Assembly (NCBI GenBank): GCA_002269645.1
Contig: NIVC01000217.1
Span: forward strand, 558,001 to 622,000
Direction: 5' to 3'
Length of the DNA stretch: 64,000 nucleotides
Source of the DNA: Macrostomum lignano
Taxonomy: Eukaryota
A program made the position numbers and the translations under genes. Below, piece by piece: positions 41,721 through 54,800 of this stretch. The notes under the pieces were generated by a model. It was not told where the DNA came from, did not search any database, and saw only the letters and a list, made by a program, of their open reading frames with translations. Each line of letters starts with the position of its first letter. The first letter of the stretch is position 1.

Positions 41721-42880
41721 CTATAACCGTTTTTATTCCTGTTATCTTCTGCTCACAAGTCAGAAAGACTTTCTAACACACCTGGCCTCTGAGGGCCCTG
41801 TTATGAGTGTGAGGCTCACATCTCCGAATCTCTCTCTGTACCGCAAATTATTCAAGACAGTGTATTTTATAGTCAAGCAAGCAAACTGGTTTAGTTGACA
41901 AAATGAAGAGCAATGCATAGTTTGAGTGGGGCAGGGTTATCGCTCGAGCATTTTTCTCTGTCCCGTTGTTAGGCAACCATATCACCCCCCCCCCCAAAGC
42001 ATTGCTGCGAGTCTACTGTGTCACGCGTTTGCAGGTTGCTGGCTTGGCCTTCGAACCTCAGATTTGTTATCCGTCCTTTAGTGTAGAGCTGGTCTGGCTG
42101 GATAGAACCGGTTGAGACGAGAGGAGGCCGTTGTTTTTTCGCTTCGATGTAAGCACAATTCCAGTGCTTACAAGCACCATGTAGAGGATTTAGCTCCAGG
42201 GGCGCCAGCACGGTCTATCTTGAACTGACGTTACGAAAATGTGAACTAATTAACTATGTTTTACTTTAAAACCCCCGGAAGAGCTATCAGTGAAACATCC
42301 TTTTTATTGACGAAGAATTGATCAAAAATAGATTGTCAAATAAAAGAATAGCCCGACTAAAAGAAGCTGCACAAAACTGACTGCAGTCTTGACGGAAAAA
42401 TGAAAAACCAGTTATTACAGCTCCAGATCTCCCTGGTTTACCTCCCAGCTCAAATTCAGTATACTCTTGCGTTGGGAACTTGGAATAGGCCAGATCGTAT
42501 GCCTCGGGCTGGGCTGCTTCCCTGCACTCCCCTTAAAGTGACTTTGAAATACAAAATTAAGCACGCGGTTGTGAAATATCGGGAGTTGGGGAGGGGGGCA
42601 GCGCGAAACCGTCTGCTTTTAGAAGCGGGAGTCTTCTCCAACCCCACCGACTCTGCTCGGGCTGCCTCAGCAGTCCCCGGCACCAATTGGGAAGCATGAC
42701 GTGGTCTAAACGATTTTTCCCATTGTTCGCAACTGGGGGAGGCGGTTAGCGTGAACCGCTCTTGCCTAAGTATTAAAGACCGAAGCCCCGGCCTCCGCAA
42801 CGACTTGCTCAACTCCCGAAAGTTAGTCGCGCATTCTTCTGCTTTTAGAGATTCTCAACATAGCATTCAAAAACCGAGTT

Positions 42881-43843
42881 ATGAACTGGCAACTCCTGGC
42901 CGTGGTTATCGCGCTGGCTCTTGTGGCCATCAGCGCCCCAGTCTCGGCAGCCGAGCGGCCCAAAGGTGAGCCGGACATCTCCGCCAAGGCCAAGCACACC
43001 GACAAGGACGGACATCACGACGCCTCTTTCGATCACGAAGCCGTGACTGGCTCGCACAAGGACGCCGAGGAGTTCAAGGACCTCACGCCGGAAGAGTCGA
43101 AGAAGCGGCTAGCGGTCCTTGTCGGACGCATGGACTCCGACGGCAACGGCAAGATCGACAAGAACGAGCTCACCAACTGGATAGTCAACTCGTTCAAGAA
43201 GCTGGACAGGGAGGACGCGGCCAGCAAGATGGAGGAGCACGATGAGAATGACGACAAGAAGGTGACCTGGCCCGAGTACCTGCACAAGGCCTACGGCTAC
43301 AAGGTGGAGGAGCTCAAGGAGTTCGAGAAGGACAAGAGCCCGGACATGCTGAGCTTCTTGCAGATGCTCGAGGAAGACAAAAGAAAGTTCCAACTGGCCG
43401 ATCACAATCACGACGGCAGTCTCGACCTGGAGGAGTACACCTTCTTCACCCACCCGCACAATTACGACATCATGGCCCCGGTGGAGATCGACAAGACCAT
43501 GAAGGACTACGACAAGAATAGCGACGGCTTCATCGACGAGAAGGAGTTCATGGGCGAGGACAAGATGGACCCGGAGACCAGCAAGGCCGAGAGCGAGCAC
43601 TTCAAGCAGTACGACAAGAACGGAGACGGCAAGCTGGACCGGGACGAGGTCAAAGCCTGGACAATGCCGAAGTTCGAGGACTCGGCCGCTACCGAGGCTG
43701 AGCACCTCATTAAGGAGTCGGACAAGGACAAAGACGGCGTGCTGTCCAAGGATGAGATTCTCGACCAGCACGAGCTGTGGGTTGGCAGCCAGGCCACTGA
43801 CTACGGCAAGCATTTGGACGACATGAAGAAAGACGAGCTGTGA
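42881..43843 (+). CDS. CALU: Calumenin/reticulocalbin (CREC family) EF-hand protein, 320 aa, intronless CDS
   Basis: Signal peptide, FDHEA motif, six EF-hand loops (DSDGNGKIDKNE, DENDDKKVTWPE, DHNHDGSLDLEE, DKNSDGFIDEKE, DKNGDGKLDRDE, DKDKDGVLSKDE), conserved FVGSQATDYG-like WVGSQATDYG, C-terminal KDEL; AATAAA near 43985. Confidence 0.96.
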   Translation: MNWQLLAVVIALALVAISAPVSAAERPKGEPDISAKAKHTDKDGHHDASFDHEAVTGSHKDAEEFKDLTPEESKKRLAVLVGRMDSDGNGKIDKNELTNWIVNSFKKLDREDAASKMEEHDENDDKKVTWPEYLHKAYGYKVEELKEFEKDKSPDMLSFLQMLEEDKRKFQLADHNHDGSLDLEEYTFFTHPHNYDIMAPVEIDKTMKDYDKNSDGFIDEKEFMGEDKMDPETSKAESEHFKQYDKNGDGKLDRDEVKAWTMPKFEDSAATEAEHLIKESDKDKDGVLSKDEILDQHELWVGSQATDYGKHLDDMKKDEL

Positions 43844-44284
43844 GCAGCTGGAGCCGCACAGCTGACCGAAGGGTCATTATAATTCGCTCGTATTAACTAA
43901 GCCAAGAAACAAATCAGTATATTAATTAGCTAGTCCAAATTCATTTTCTTTTTACTAACCTATTTGCTCGGCTATGGACCATAATAATAAAAATTAATAC
44001 AGTATTGATCGATTGCTTGGACTCTATATGTGTAAATGCACCTATTCGAAGAAAAATCGAAATAGTTGACTGCTTATTAAATCAATTTAAACAACAATGA
44101 ACAAATCCCACCTTATACTGTGTGCTAAATTTGCGTCAGTACATGCCGATTGCTAATCAAATATATAGTAATTCTGCGATGCGCAGATTCCCGCTATAAG
44201 CACCGAATGTTGCACTGATGCTAACGAAACTCTGATAAATGTGTTTGTTTATTAAAGCGAATCTTGATCGTTCAAATCATGTGT

Positions 44285-44840
44285 ATGTGTCTGTCTGCCA
44301 GTGTCTGTGTCTTTGTTTGTTTGTCTGTCTGTCTGCCAGTGTATGTGTCTGTCTTTCAGTGTCTGTGTCTGTCTGCCAGTGTCTGTGTCTTTGTTTGTTT
44401 GTCTGTCTGTCTGCCAGTGTATGTGTCTGTCTGCCAGTGTCTGTGTCTTTGTTTGTTTGCCTGTCTGTCTGCCAGTGCATGTGTCTCTGTTTGTTTGCCT
44501 GTCTGTCATTCTGTCAGTGTATGTTGTCTGTTTGCTTGTCTGTCTGTCAGTGTATGTCTTCAAAAATTATGTTCACTTGTCCTCGATACTTGATTAAAAG
44601 TTTAAAGCGAGAAAATTAGGAAATATTGCAAGTAATTTTATCAGGTCTTAAATTCTTATTACTAAAAGCTGTTACAACGCACTTATTACTAAGCCTTTTG
44701 AAGGTTAAATTTTTATTTAGATACACAAAGGCAGCCATTTAAAATATTAAATGCAGTTACGAATTAAGCAAGTCAGTCATGTGCGATCGACACTAGATAG
44801 ATAGACAGATAGATAGACAGACAGATAGACAGATAGACAG

Positions 44841-44871
<31 letters not shown>

Positions 44872-44882
44872 GATAGATAGAC

Positions 44883-44921
<39 letters not shown>

Positions 44922-44962
44922 CAGATAGATAGATAGACAGATAGATAGACAGACAGATAGAC

Positions 44963-45005
<43 letters not shown>

Positions 45006-45048
45006 CAGACAGACACAGACAGATAAATAGATAGATAGATAGATAGAC

Positions 45049-45099
<51 letters not shown>

Positions 45100-45135
45100 T
45101 AGATAGAATAGTTGACAGACAGACAGATAGATAAA
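44285..45135. repeat. Two simple-repeat blocks: CTGT/GT composite (44285-44555) and (GATA/GACA)n (44793-45135)
   Basis: Directly visible. Confidence 0.95.
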
Positions 45136-45496
45136 TAGATATCCTTCCCCAATCACTTGATAACCCCATAATAATTTGAACAATTATTTTTTTCTTTCTA
45201 AAACCGTGATAAGCATACACATTAATATGAATGCTTTTTGCATCATATGAAAATCCTAGAATGTTAATCTTATTACACTAATCCCTCGATAAGAAAGTTC
45301 TTATTTTCTTAAAGCAAAGATAACACAGAATAATAACACGCGATGAAATGAAATAGAAAATCAGCGCTAAACACACGATACTGAGAAACTATGATTACTA
45401 AAGTATGAATGCACAAGAATAATATGAACGCATACTATATAGTCTAAGTCTGGATTGGCTAGCCATAAATTGATAAATTCTTCTTGTGAATCAGAA

Positions 45497-46990
45497 TCAA
45501 ATCTGGCCTCGAACCTCAAACCTGCCCCTGGGTCCGTAGCCTGGCGGGTAGGGCAGGCGCTTCAGAGTGTACCCGCCCGGGACCAAGTCGCCCGGTCGGT
45601 ATTCGCCAACCTGCCGATCGCCGCCCAGCGACCCGCTGCAACCGTCATCAACGAAGCCGACACGGGCGTCTCCGCCAACGTCTAGGGAGCGTCCGCGACC
45701 GCGGCCGCGGCCGAGTCCGCCGCCAGCAGGCAGGTAGCCATAATTGCTGGTCACCTCAGAGGCGGCGCGACCTTTAGAATAGGCGCTAGCAGTATCGGCA
45801 TAGTCAGCTGTAGACAAATCGTCAGCATAGTAGTAATCGTTGGCAAAGCCGGGCCCCGCCTGCTCCTCAGGAGCGTCCCATTCTCCCGTGACCAGATCGT
45901 TGATGCTGCTGGGCTGGTCGGGCAGCTGCAGGTTGCCAGTGACCACATCGGAGCCCAGATTCACGCTTAGCAGCGGAACGGCCAGGGCTAGCTAGACAAT
46001 AGGAAAAAAATATACGAAGCTGATTACGCTGCATACTTACTACTGATGCGTGCGAGTAGTATGTAGCAATAAAATTGAAAGCTTTTAATGTACTACAAAG
46101 GGCGATTCTAATTGGGATCTTAGGGCGATTCTAATATGGATCTAAGGGCGATTATCATGAAGTTTTAAGAGCGATTCTAACGGGGATCTAAGAGCGATTC
46201 TAATGGGGATCTAAGAGCGATTCTAATGGGGATCTAAGAGCGATTCTACTGAGGATCTAAGAATGATTCTAATGGGGATTTAGGAGCGATTCTAATGGGG
46301 AATCGGGTATCTAAGAGCGATTCTACTGAGGATCTAAGGGTAATTCTAATGGGGATCTAAGAGCGATTCTAATTGGGATCTAAGAGCGATTCTAATTGGG
46401 ATCTAAGAGCGATTCTAATGGGGATCTAAGAGCGATTCTACTGAGGATCTAAGAATGATTCTAATGGGGATTTAGGAGCGATTCTAATGGGGAATCGGGT
46501 ATCTAAGAGCGATTCTACTGAGGATCTAAGGGTAATTCTAATGGGGATCTAAGAGCGATTCTAATTGGGATCTAAGAGCGATTCTAATTGGGATCTAAGA
46601 GCGATTCTAATTGGGATCTAAGAGCGATTCTAATTGGGATCTAAGAGCGATTCTAATTGGGATCTAAGAGCGATTCTAACGGGGATCTAAGAGCAATTTT
46701 AATTAGGATCCAAGAGCGATTCTAACGGGATCTAAAGACGATTATAATGGACAGAATAAAGCAAATATTTTTTTTAAAATGGCACAAACCTGCGAACAAG
46801 TCATTAGGTGCTCGTTCATCTTGCCAGCCTCAACAACGTGAGAGTAGTCCAGCGGACAGTGCATGGGCGTGTGACTGCCGCCCTTGTAGGATTTGATGCA
46901 GCGGGACATGTGCGTGATCAGCTTGTGCCTCTCCACCACGTGGACACTGTCAAACGGACAAGTCACCTTTTCTGAGGACATTTTCACCAT
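45497..46990 (-). CDS. GTSF1: GTSF1/Asterix-like protein, two U11-48K-type CHHC zinc fingers plus acidic/RG tail, 231 aa
   Basis: Exon 46990-46790 encodes CPFDSVHVVERHKLITHMSRC and CPLDYSHVVEAGKMNEHLMTC (both C-X5-H-X9-H-X3-C); phase-0 intron; exon 45991-45497 carries GEWD and GGGLGRGRGRGR. Confidence 0.88.
46100..46740. repeat. 23-bp minisatellite filling the GTSF1 intron
   Basis: GGGATCTAAGAGCGATTCTAAT(T/G) units. Confidence 0.95.
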
Positions 46991-47139
46991 GCATTTGAAT
47001 TTATGTTTCGTTAGTTAACTGAAAGGCTCGCTTTTTATATAATCCAAATTGAATCTTAATCATGATCTCAATAAGCTTTCATAATCCAAATCTTAATAAG
47101 CCTTGATAATCCCAATCTTGATAAAGATCTATAATTCCA

Positions 47140-47820
47140 ATCTCAATAAACATCCATAATCCTAATCCCAATCTCAATAAACATCCATAATCCTAATCCC
47201 AATCTCAATAAAAATCCATAATCCTAATCCCAATCTCAATAAACATCCATAATCCTAATCCCAATCTCAATAAAAATCCATAATCCTAATCCCAATCTCA
47301 ATAAACATCCATAATCCTAATCCCAATCTTAATAAACATCCATAATCCTAATCCCAATCTCAATAAAAATCCATAATCCTAATCCCAATCTCAATAAAAA
47401 TCCATAATCCTAATCCCAATCTTAATAAACATTCATAATCCTAATCCCAATCTCAATAAACATCCATAATCCTAATCCCAATCTCAATAAACATCCATAA
47501 TCCTAATCCCAATCTCAATAAACATCCATAATCCTAATCCCAATCTCAATAAACATCCATAATCCTAATCCCAATCTCAATAAACATCCATAATCCTAAT
47601 CCCAAGCTCAATAAACATTCATAAGCCTAATCCCAAGCTCAATAAAAATCCATAATCCTAATCCCAATCTAAACAAACATCCACAATCCTAATCCCAATC
47701 GAAAAAATATTCGTAATCCCAATCTTGATAAACATTGACAATCCCAATGTCAATAAACATCCATAATCCTAATCCCAATCTTAATAAGCCTTCCTAATTT
47801 CAATCTCAATAAACATTCAT
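47140..47820. repeat. 31-bp minisatellite (AATCCTAATCCCAATCTCAATAAACATCCAT)
   Basis: About 18 good units plus decayed flanks. Confidence 0.95.
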
Positions 47821-48559
47821 AATCATAATCTTGATAGGCCCTTCTAATAATAATATTAAGATGCCTCACTAATCCCAGTAATAAATATTAAGCCTTAAAA
47901 AAAGATGAATTGGTTTGGAAGATGGAAGGACACAATAGCAAAAAGCTAATTTTAAATATATTTTTCCTGACAAAAAGTTAAAAGTAGATTAATATATTGT
48001 CGTTGTAGCAAATTAAAAGGCCAATAAAGCAACCTCGTATTTAAAATTTGAAGCAACAACGAATGATGGAAGGAATGTTTTAGCGATTGGAAAGTACAAA
48101 AAATTTAAATAATAAATGGAAGCAGAGTCTAGCGAATCAAAATTTAAACATTATATAAAAATTTTATACAGTACGCTTTAATTTAAAAGTACAACAGGAA
48201 GCACACTGGGGGACAACACAGTTTTTTGATAATTGTTTGTTTTATGACCTTCAAATGTCACTTGTAAATAAGAGAAAACAACAAAGAAAGCTTCAAAGCA
48301 CAAACGCTGATATCGCAATTAATGGAAAAGTATAAAATTTTCTAAAAAGATGGTCTTGATTAGCGAAGGGATATTTAAGTTTTAGTTTATTAAATAGTCA
48401 ACAAGTTTTGGGGATATTTACAACAAAAAACAGCCAAAAGTTTTTGTGAATTTAAACTATTGTTGAATGCTTAAAATTTTCTGGTCCTTAAACGTCTAAT
48501 TTATGAGCCTTTTTTAATATTGATCTACATGTTGCAATTCGGATATTGATTCCCATAAT

Positions 48560-48785
48560 ATACCCAGGTGAGAATTGGGATATTGATCCCCTAATATCCC
48601 CGGGTGACAATTGGGATATTAATCCCCTAATATCCCCAGGTGACAATTAGGATATTGATCCCCTAATATCCCCAGGTGACAATTAGGATATTGATCCCCT
48701 AATATCCCCGGGTGACAACTGGGATATTGATCCCCTAATATCCCCGGGTGACAATTGGGATATTGATCCCCTAATATCTCCAGGT
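48560..48785. repeat. 33-bp tandem repeat (GGTGACAATTGGGATATTGATCCCCTAATATCC)
   Basis: About 7 units. Confidence 0.92.
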
Positions 48786-48888
48786 GACTTTTAAACCAGA
48801 GCCGAAAACACACTCACTTCGCAGTTTATCAGCACAAATTGTACTAAATATTAAGTAATAAACGAATGAAAAAATTCCCATCCACAGA

Positions 48889-51800
48889 TCACATCATCGG
48901 CTTAGAGGTGCTGCCGCCAATGTCCTCGAAGACGGCAGAGGAGCCGGCGTGAGGCAGGCTCTCCATAGGGTAGGACATGGAGCCCGGCATACCGGGATCG
49001 TCCGCTGGTGGGTAATCCGAAGTCTTGATTACTTCGCCCCATTCGTCTGTGAATGTTTATTAGGCAGCGGATAATAACACCATTAGCAGTGATAATAACA
49101 TCATTCACGGTAATAATAACACCATTCACAGTTATAACAACATTATTCCCAGTGATAATAACACCATTCACAGTGATAATAACATCATTCACGGTAATAA
49201 TAACACCATTCACAGTTATAACAACATTATTCCCAGTGATAATAACACCATTCACAGTGATAATAACACCATTCAAAGTAACAATAACACAATTCACAGT
49301 GATAATAACACCATTCAAAGTAACAATAACACAATTCACAGTGATAATAACACCATTCACAGTGAAAATAACACCATTCCCAGTGATAATAACACCATTC
49401 ACAGTGAGAATAACACCATTCACAGTGATAATAACACCATTCACAGTGATAATAACATCATTCACAGTGATAATAACACCATTCACAGTGAGAATAACAC
49501 AATTCACAGTGATAATAACACCATTCACAGTGAAAATAACACCATTCCCAGTGATAATAACACCATTCACAGTGAGAATAACACCATTCACAGTGAGAAT
49601 AACACCATTCACAGTAACAATAACACCATTCACAGTGAGAATAACACCATTCACAGTGAGAATAACACAATTCAAAGTAACAATAACACAATTCACAGTG
49701 ATAATAACACCATTCACAGTGAGAATAACACCATTCAAAGTAACAATAACACAATTCACAGTGATAATAACACCATTCACAGTGAAAATAACACCATTCC
49801 CAGTGATAATAACACCATTCACAGTGATAATAACACCATTCACAGTGATAATAACACCATTCAAAGTAACAATAACACAATTCACAGTGATAATAACACC
49901 ATTCACAGTGAAAATAACACCATTCCCAGTGATAATAACACCATTCACAGTGAGAATAACACCATTCACAGTGAGAATAACACCATTCACAGTGATAATA
50001 ACACCATTCACAGTGAGAATAACACAATTCACAGTGATAATAACACCATTCACAGTGAGAATAACACCATTCACAGTGATAATAACACCATTCAAAGTAA
50101 CAATAACACAATTCACAGTGATAATAACACCATTCACAGTAACAATAACACAATTCACAGTGATAATAACACCATTCACAGTGAAAATAACACCATTCCC
50201 AGTGATAATAACACCATTCACAGTGAGAATAACACCATTCACAGTGAGAATAACACCATTCACAGTGATAATAACACCATTCACAGTGAGAATAACACAA
50301 TTCACAGTGATAATAACACCATTCACAGTGAGAATAACACCATTCACAGTGATAATAACACCATTCAAAGTAACAATAACACAATTCACAGTGATAATAA
50401 CACCATTCACAGTAACAATAACACAATTCACAGTGATAATAACACCATTCACAGTGAAAATAACACCATTCCCAGTGAGAATAACACCATTCACAGTGAC
50501 AATAACACCATTCACAGTGAAAATACATCATTCACAATGATAATAACATCATAACAACCATTCACAGTAATAATAACCACATTCACAGTAACAATAAGAC
50601 TATTCAAAGTAATAATAACTACATTCACGGTAAAAAAACACCATTCACAGTGATAACAACAGAATTCACTTACTGCGAGCCAAATTCTTATTGGCAATTC
50701 TACGCCTGATCAGAACCACAGCAGCCCAGATGATAATGGCCAGCACAACTATGAGGGCTGAAATGAGAAAGTTTTACAGCAATTGCCAATTGACTTCTAT
50801 ATGCGATCCATTTAGTTATTCACGAATACTACACACAATAAAAAAAGAGAACTAGAAGAAATCTAGGCTAAGTTACCAAGCAGCATGACAACGAAGGTTG
50901 GCAGAATCATGCCAGCAATGCGACCAGTGCAGGAGTAAGCGAACTCGTCAGAGTTGTCAAAGCAATTGTCGTAATTGTCGCATAGCAGTGACTCTGGCAG
51001 GCACCTGAGGATTGGGAATGGGAGTGCGGACTGCCGCTTCAGTCTTGGAGCTTAGAACTAGAGTAGGGTGACACTTGACACTGACAGATAAGAGACTGGG
51101 AAAGTGACAGATGAGGGACTGGGAGGGTGACAGATAAGTGACTGGGAGGGTGACAGATAAGTGACTGGGAGGGTAACAGATAAGTGACTGGGAGGGTGAC
51201 AGATAAGTGAATGGGAGGGTGACAGATAAGTGAATGGGAGGGTGACAGATAAGTGAATGAGAGGGTGACAGATAAGGGACTGGGAGGGTGACAGATAAGT
51301 GAATGGGAGGGTGACAGATAAGGGACTGGGAGGGTGACATAAGTGACTGGGAGGGTGACAGATAAGTGACTGGGAGGGTGACAGATAAGGGACTGGGAGA
51401 GTGACAGATAAGGGACTGGGAGGGTGACAGATAAGGGATAGGGAGGGTGACAGATAAGGGACTGGGAGTGACAGATAAGGACTGGGAGGGTGATAGATAA
51501 GGGACTGGGAGGGTGATAGATAAGGGACTGGGAGAGTGACAGATAAGGGACTGGGATGGTGGCAGATAAGGGACTTCGATGGTGACAGATGAGCGACTGG
51601 GAGAATGGCAAACAGTCAACTCTGTAAGCATGCCTAGAGCGCAGGCTAACACACACACACACACACCTGTACTTGTAGTGCCAGCACAGGAAGTAGCCCT
51701 CTTTGCAGGTGAACGAAGCGCCACGCATAAAGCTACTAATAGTAACATCGAAGGCCTCCTTGCGATTCACAGTGCGAGCCTTATCGTCTGGATTATAAGT

Positions 51801-54800
51801 GAGCATAATCTTCAAGCCAGGAGATTTTGTCTCATCGAATTGTAAATCTGAGCACTTCTCCAGGTAGTTGGAACAGTTACAGTGCATGAGAGCGGCAGGA
51901 TCGGCTGGTACTCTGACTTCAGAACCTCGCAATTCGTCTGGGACTGGGTCCTCTCTCCAGGTGGAAAACTGATAGACAGTGAACGCTGGACAGCTCTTGC
52001 CAATCTTGGCCAGTTTAATAGAATTCAGTCGGACAACAAAGTACAGCTCAGGATTTGGCGTCTCAAAGTACATTGAGCAGTTCACATTGGAGACTATGGG
52101 CCCATTGGTAACACGAAAGCCATAGCCTCGCCTGGTTGTATCGTAGCAGGAATCCATGACCACTGTGAGTACAGGTTGAAAAATATGAGCTTAAAAATCA
52201 ATGGACTGCATTTTAAACTGACAATCATTTAGTAGCAGGCTGATACTACTTGTTCCTCTAGAACTCTTTAGGGAAGGGGTCGACAAACTTTTTTTACCTT
52301 AAGGGCCAGATAAAGAATTCAGCTTATGGCTGCAGGTCAGATTAGAGTGGAAAGGTGAGAGGGTAGAGTATGAGAGACAGAAGAGAAGAAAAGAGAAGGG
52401 AGATAGGAGAGAGGAGAATTAAGACAGGTGAGAAGAGACAAACCTTAGGCAGGCCAGATTTCTGTAGTATCAAAAGAAAAGAAAACTTTCAAAGGACCCA
52501 AAGGCCAAATAGAGAGGCTTTGTAGGTCACATGTGGCCAACCCTCAGCTCTAGGGTGTAAAGTGTGCAATGAACATGGATTTCATAGCAACTTCAAGCAT
52601 TAGGCCTTATGTGATAAGGAGAGGGATTATAGCTCATAACTTTCTTACTTTGTTAATGCATTTTCAAGCATATTTCTAAATATAAAAACTCTTAATATAA
52701 CAAAAACTATATAGACAAAAATACTATAAAACTAAAAACTATAATAGGCAATAAAACTATAATAGTTATACATGTAGACTTACTTTTAGGTTTTTAATAA
52801 ATCATTAAATATATATATTAAGCTTTTAAACAGTTTCCTGTTTTTTTATTTTATGCTTTTTTTGCACTTATAATGCTTGGTAAATAAGCTTTTAGGACTC
52901 ATTCAAGAATCACTTTCATATATGCTCAACACCTGGCCAACCCAATATATTTAGCCAGGTAATAAGAGGTCCAGCTAAGACCAATTGCTTTGAATATTTA
53001 ATAGAACTAATTGAAATACCAAATAATAATGAATAAAAATATTTAGTCTATAGTATGTCTATTTTACTACTTATTAACAACTTGTTAATAGTGTGGCAGG
53101 CAAGTTGGCACGAAGTAATTAATTTGCAATTTTTTTGATTTTGAATTTTTGCATGCTAGGGTTGAAATTTTGCATTTTTCCATTACTTGGAGTGATGTCA
53201 CTCCCAACGTTAAATTTGCACATTTCCCTCATTATGCATTTGCTTACCGGATGCTGGACAAGAGCTGTAGTTTTTGTTTTTTTCTATGTGTTTAATGCTG
53301 CCCCGCGATATGCCCCTTTGCGAGAATTTGCTTCCATGTTTATGTCCAGCTGATGCTTCAATTTGTAAACCATTATTCCTCTTATATATTTAAACACAAT
53401 GCAACATGATTTTCTGCTACCGCTGGCTTATCCTTCCACTCCCCTGTCTCATCCTCATAGTGTCGAGTCGATTAAGTAATTTTTTTAATTTATCCAGCCT
53501 GCTAAATAATAATGCAACACAATAAACTTGAACTTCCTAATATTTATCCATTGAACCAAAGCCATAATATTTCTTGAGTTATTTGCCCGTGGGGCATAAA
53601 ATAACCACAGTTCTTAGATCAAAGAAAGCTCCGAGACTGAATTGTTCCATACTACGTAAATTACAGTGGTGGCAGCAACTACCCTACTGAAAGTCACTAG
53701 CTCAGCAAATCTACATATTAAGCTACAGTGTCAGAATCTTTGGTGTTTCATTAATTAAACAGCCACACCACTACAAGACCGCTTTGCTACAATTACAACT
53801 ACCTTCCCCCTGGACTTGAGAACCCGGCTGTTGGAGTAAAACAGGAGAAAGATTTTGTTGTGATTCTTCTGTGCAATTTCCAGCTTTATTTGTGCAAATG
53901 CAACACGAATTGGTTTTCAAAGAAAACCCCAATTCAAAGCGTTAGTTCATTCATTTTTTTTCTCCATCCCTATCTCAATAGCAATAATTAATGGTAAAAT
54001 GAATTTATTCCAAATTGCTATTAAAGCAATTATAAATATAGACTGACTTTCATTGCTCTATGAATTGTGTATTTATAGTCCTATTTACTTATAAATTATC
54101 GCATTGGTAAGTGCTTTGGCAGAGCCATGAACTATAAGGATTATAGTCAATTCAATAACAAGAAATTTCAATGACAGTCTTTTTTAGTGACAAGCAAGTC
54201 ATTTTGGTAACAAAAAATACAATTTTAGTTATAGCCATTCTGTTTTTAAATAGAAAATTACCTTGAAAATCTTAAAGGATATTGAACTTAAAAATTTACA
54301 GTAATTTGAAATGGTTAGGCATTACTGTATTTAATTTTGTTTATATATTTGTTTGTTTATTAATATGTTAAGTGCAACAATGTCTAGTAAATACTTCTGA
54401 GTTATCTTTGTCACCAAAATATCTGTTATCAAAACAACTGGTACGCTTACCCAACTATAATGATTTAACTTGTTTGGAATTGTCAAGCTATACTCATTGC
54501 TAGAAACACATGGTATTTAATATCTAGCTATATTTTCTTTAGCCACCCTCAACCTACATCATCTTGCTCAATGAAATGTTCCTGTACAAAATATCAAACT
54601 TACCCTTTTAAGTTTGTGGTAATCAGCACCTTTAAACCTATGTTCTATTATATACTAAGATATATTAGCTAGCCTTACTTTACACTTGGTGCAAGCAGGA
54701 AAGTCAACACTCCTGTCCCACTGCTTATCAATCCCTAGTCACATTACATGCATATATAATCAAACAAATAGCTGAAGACCATGATTTGAATTTTCAATTG

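Noticed and set aside
47013-47040. TATAAAAAG plus Inr-like TCAGTT upstream of GTSF1
   Set aside because: Spacing is about 19 nt rather than about 30, so it is not accepted as a TATA-Inr pair.
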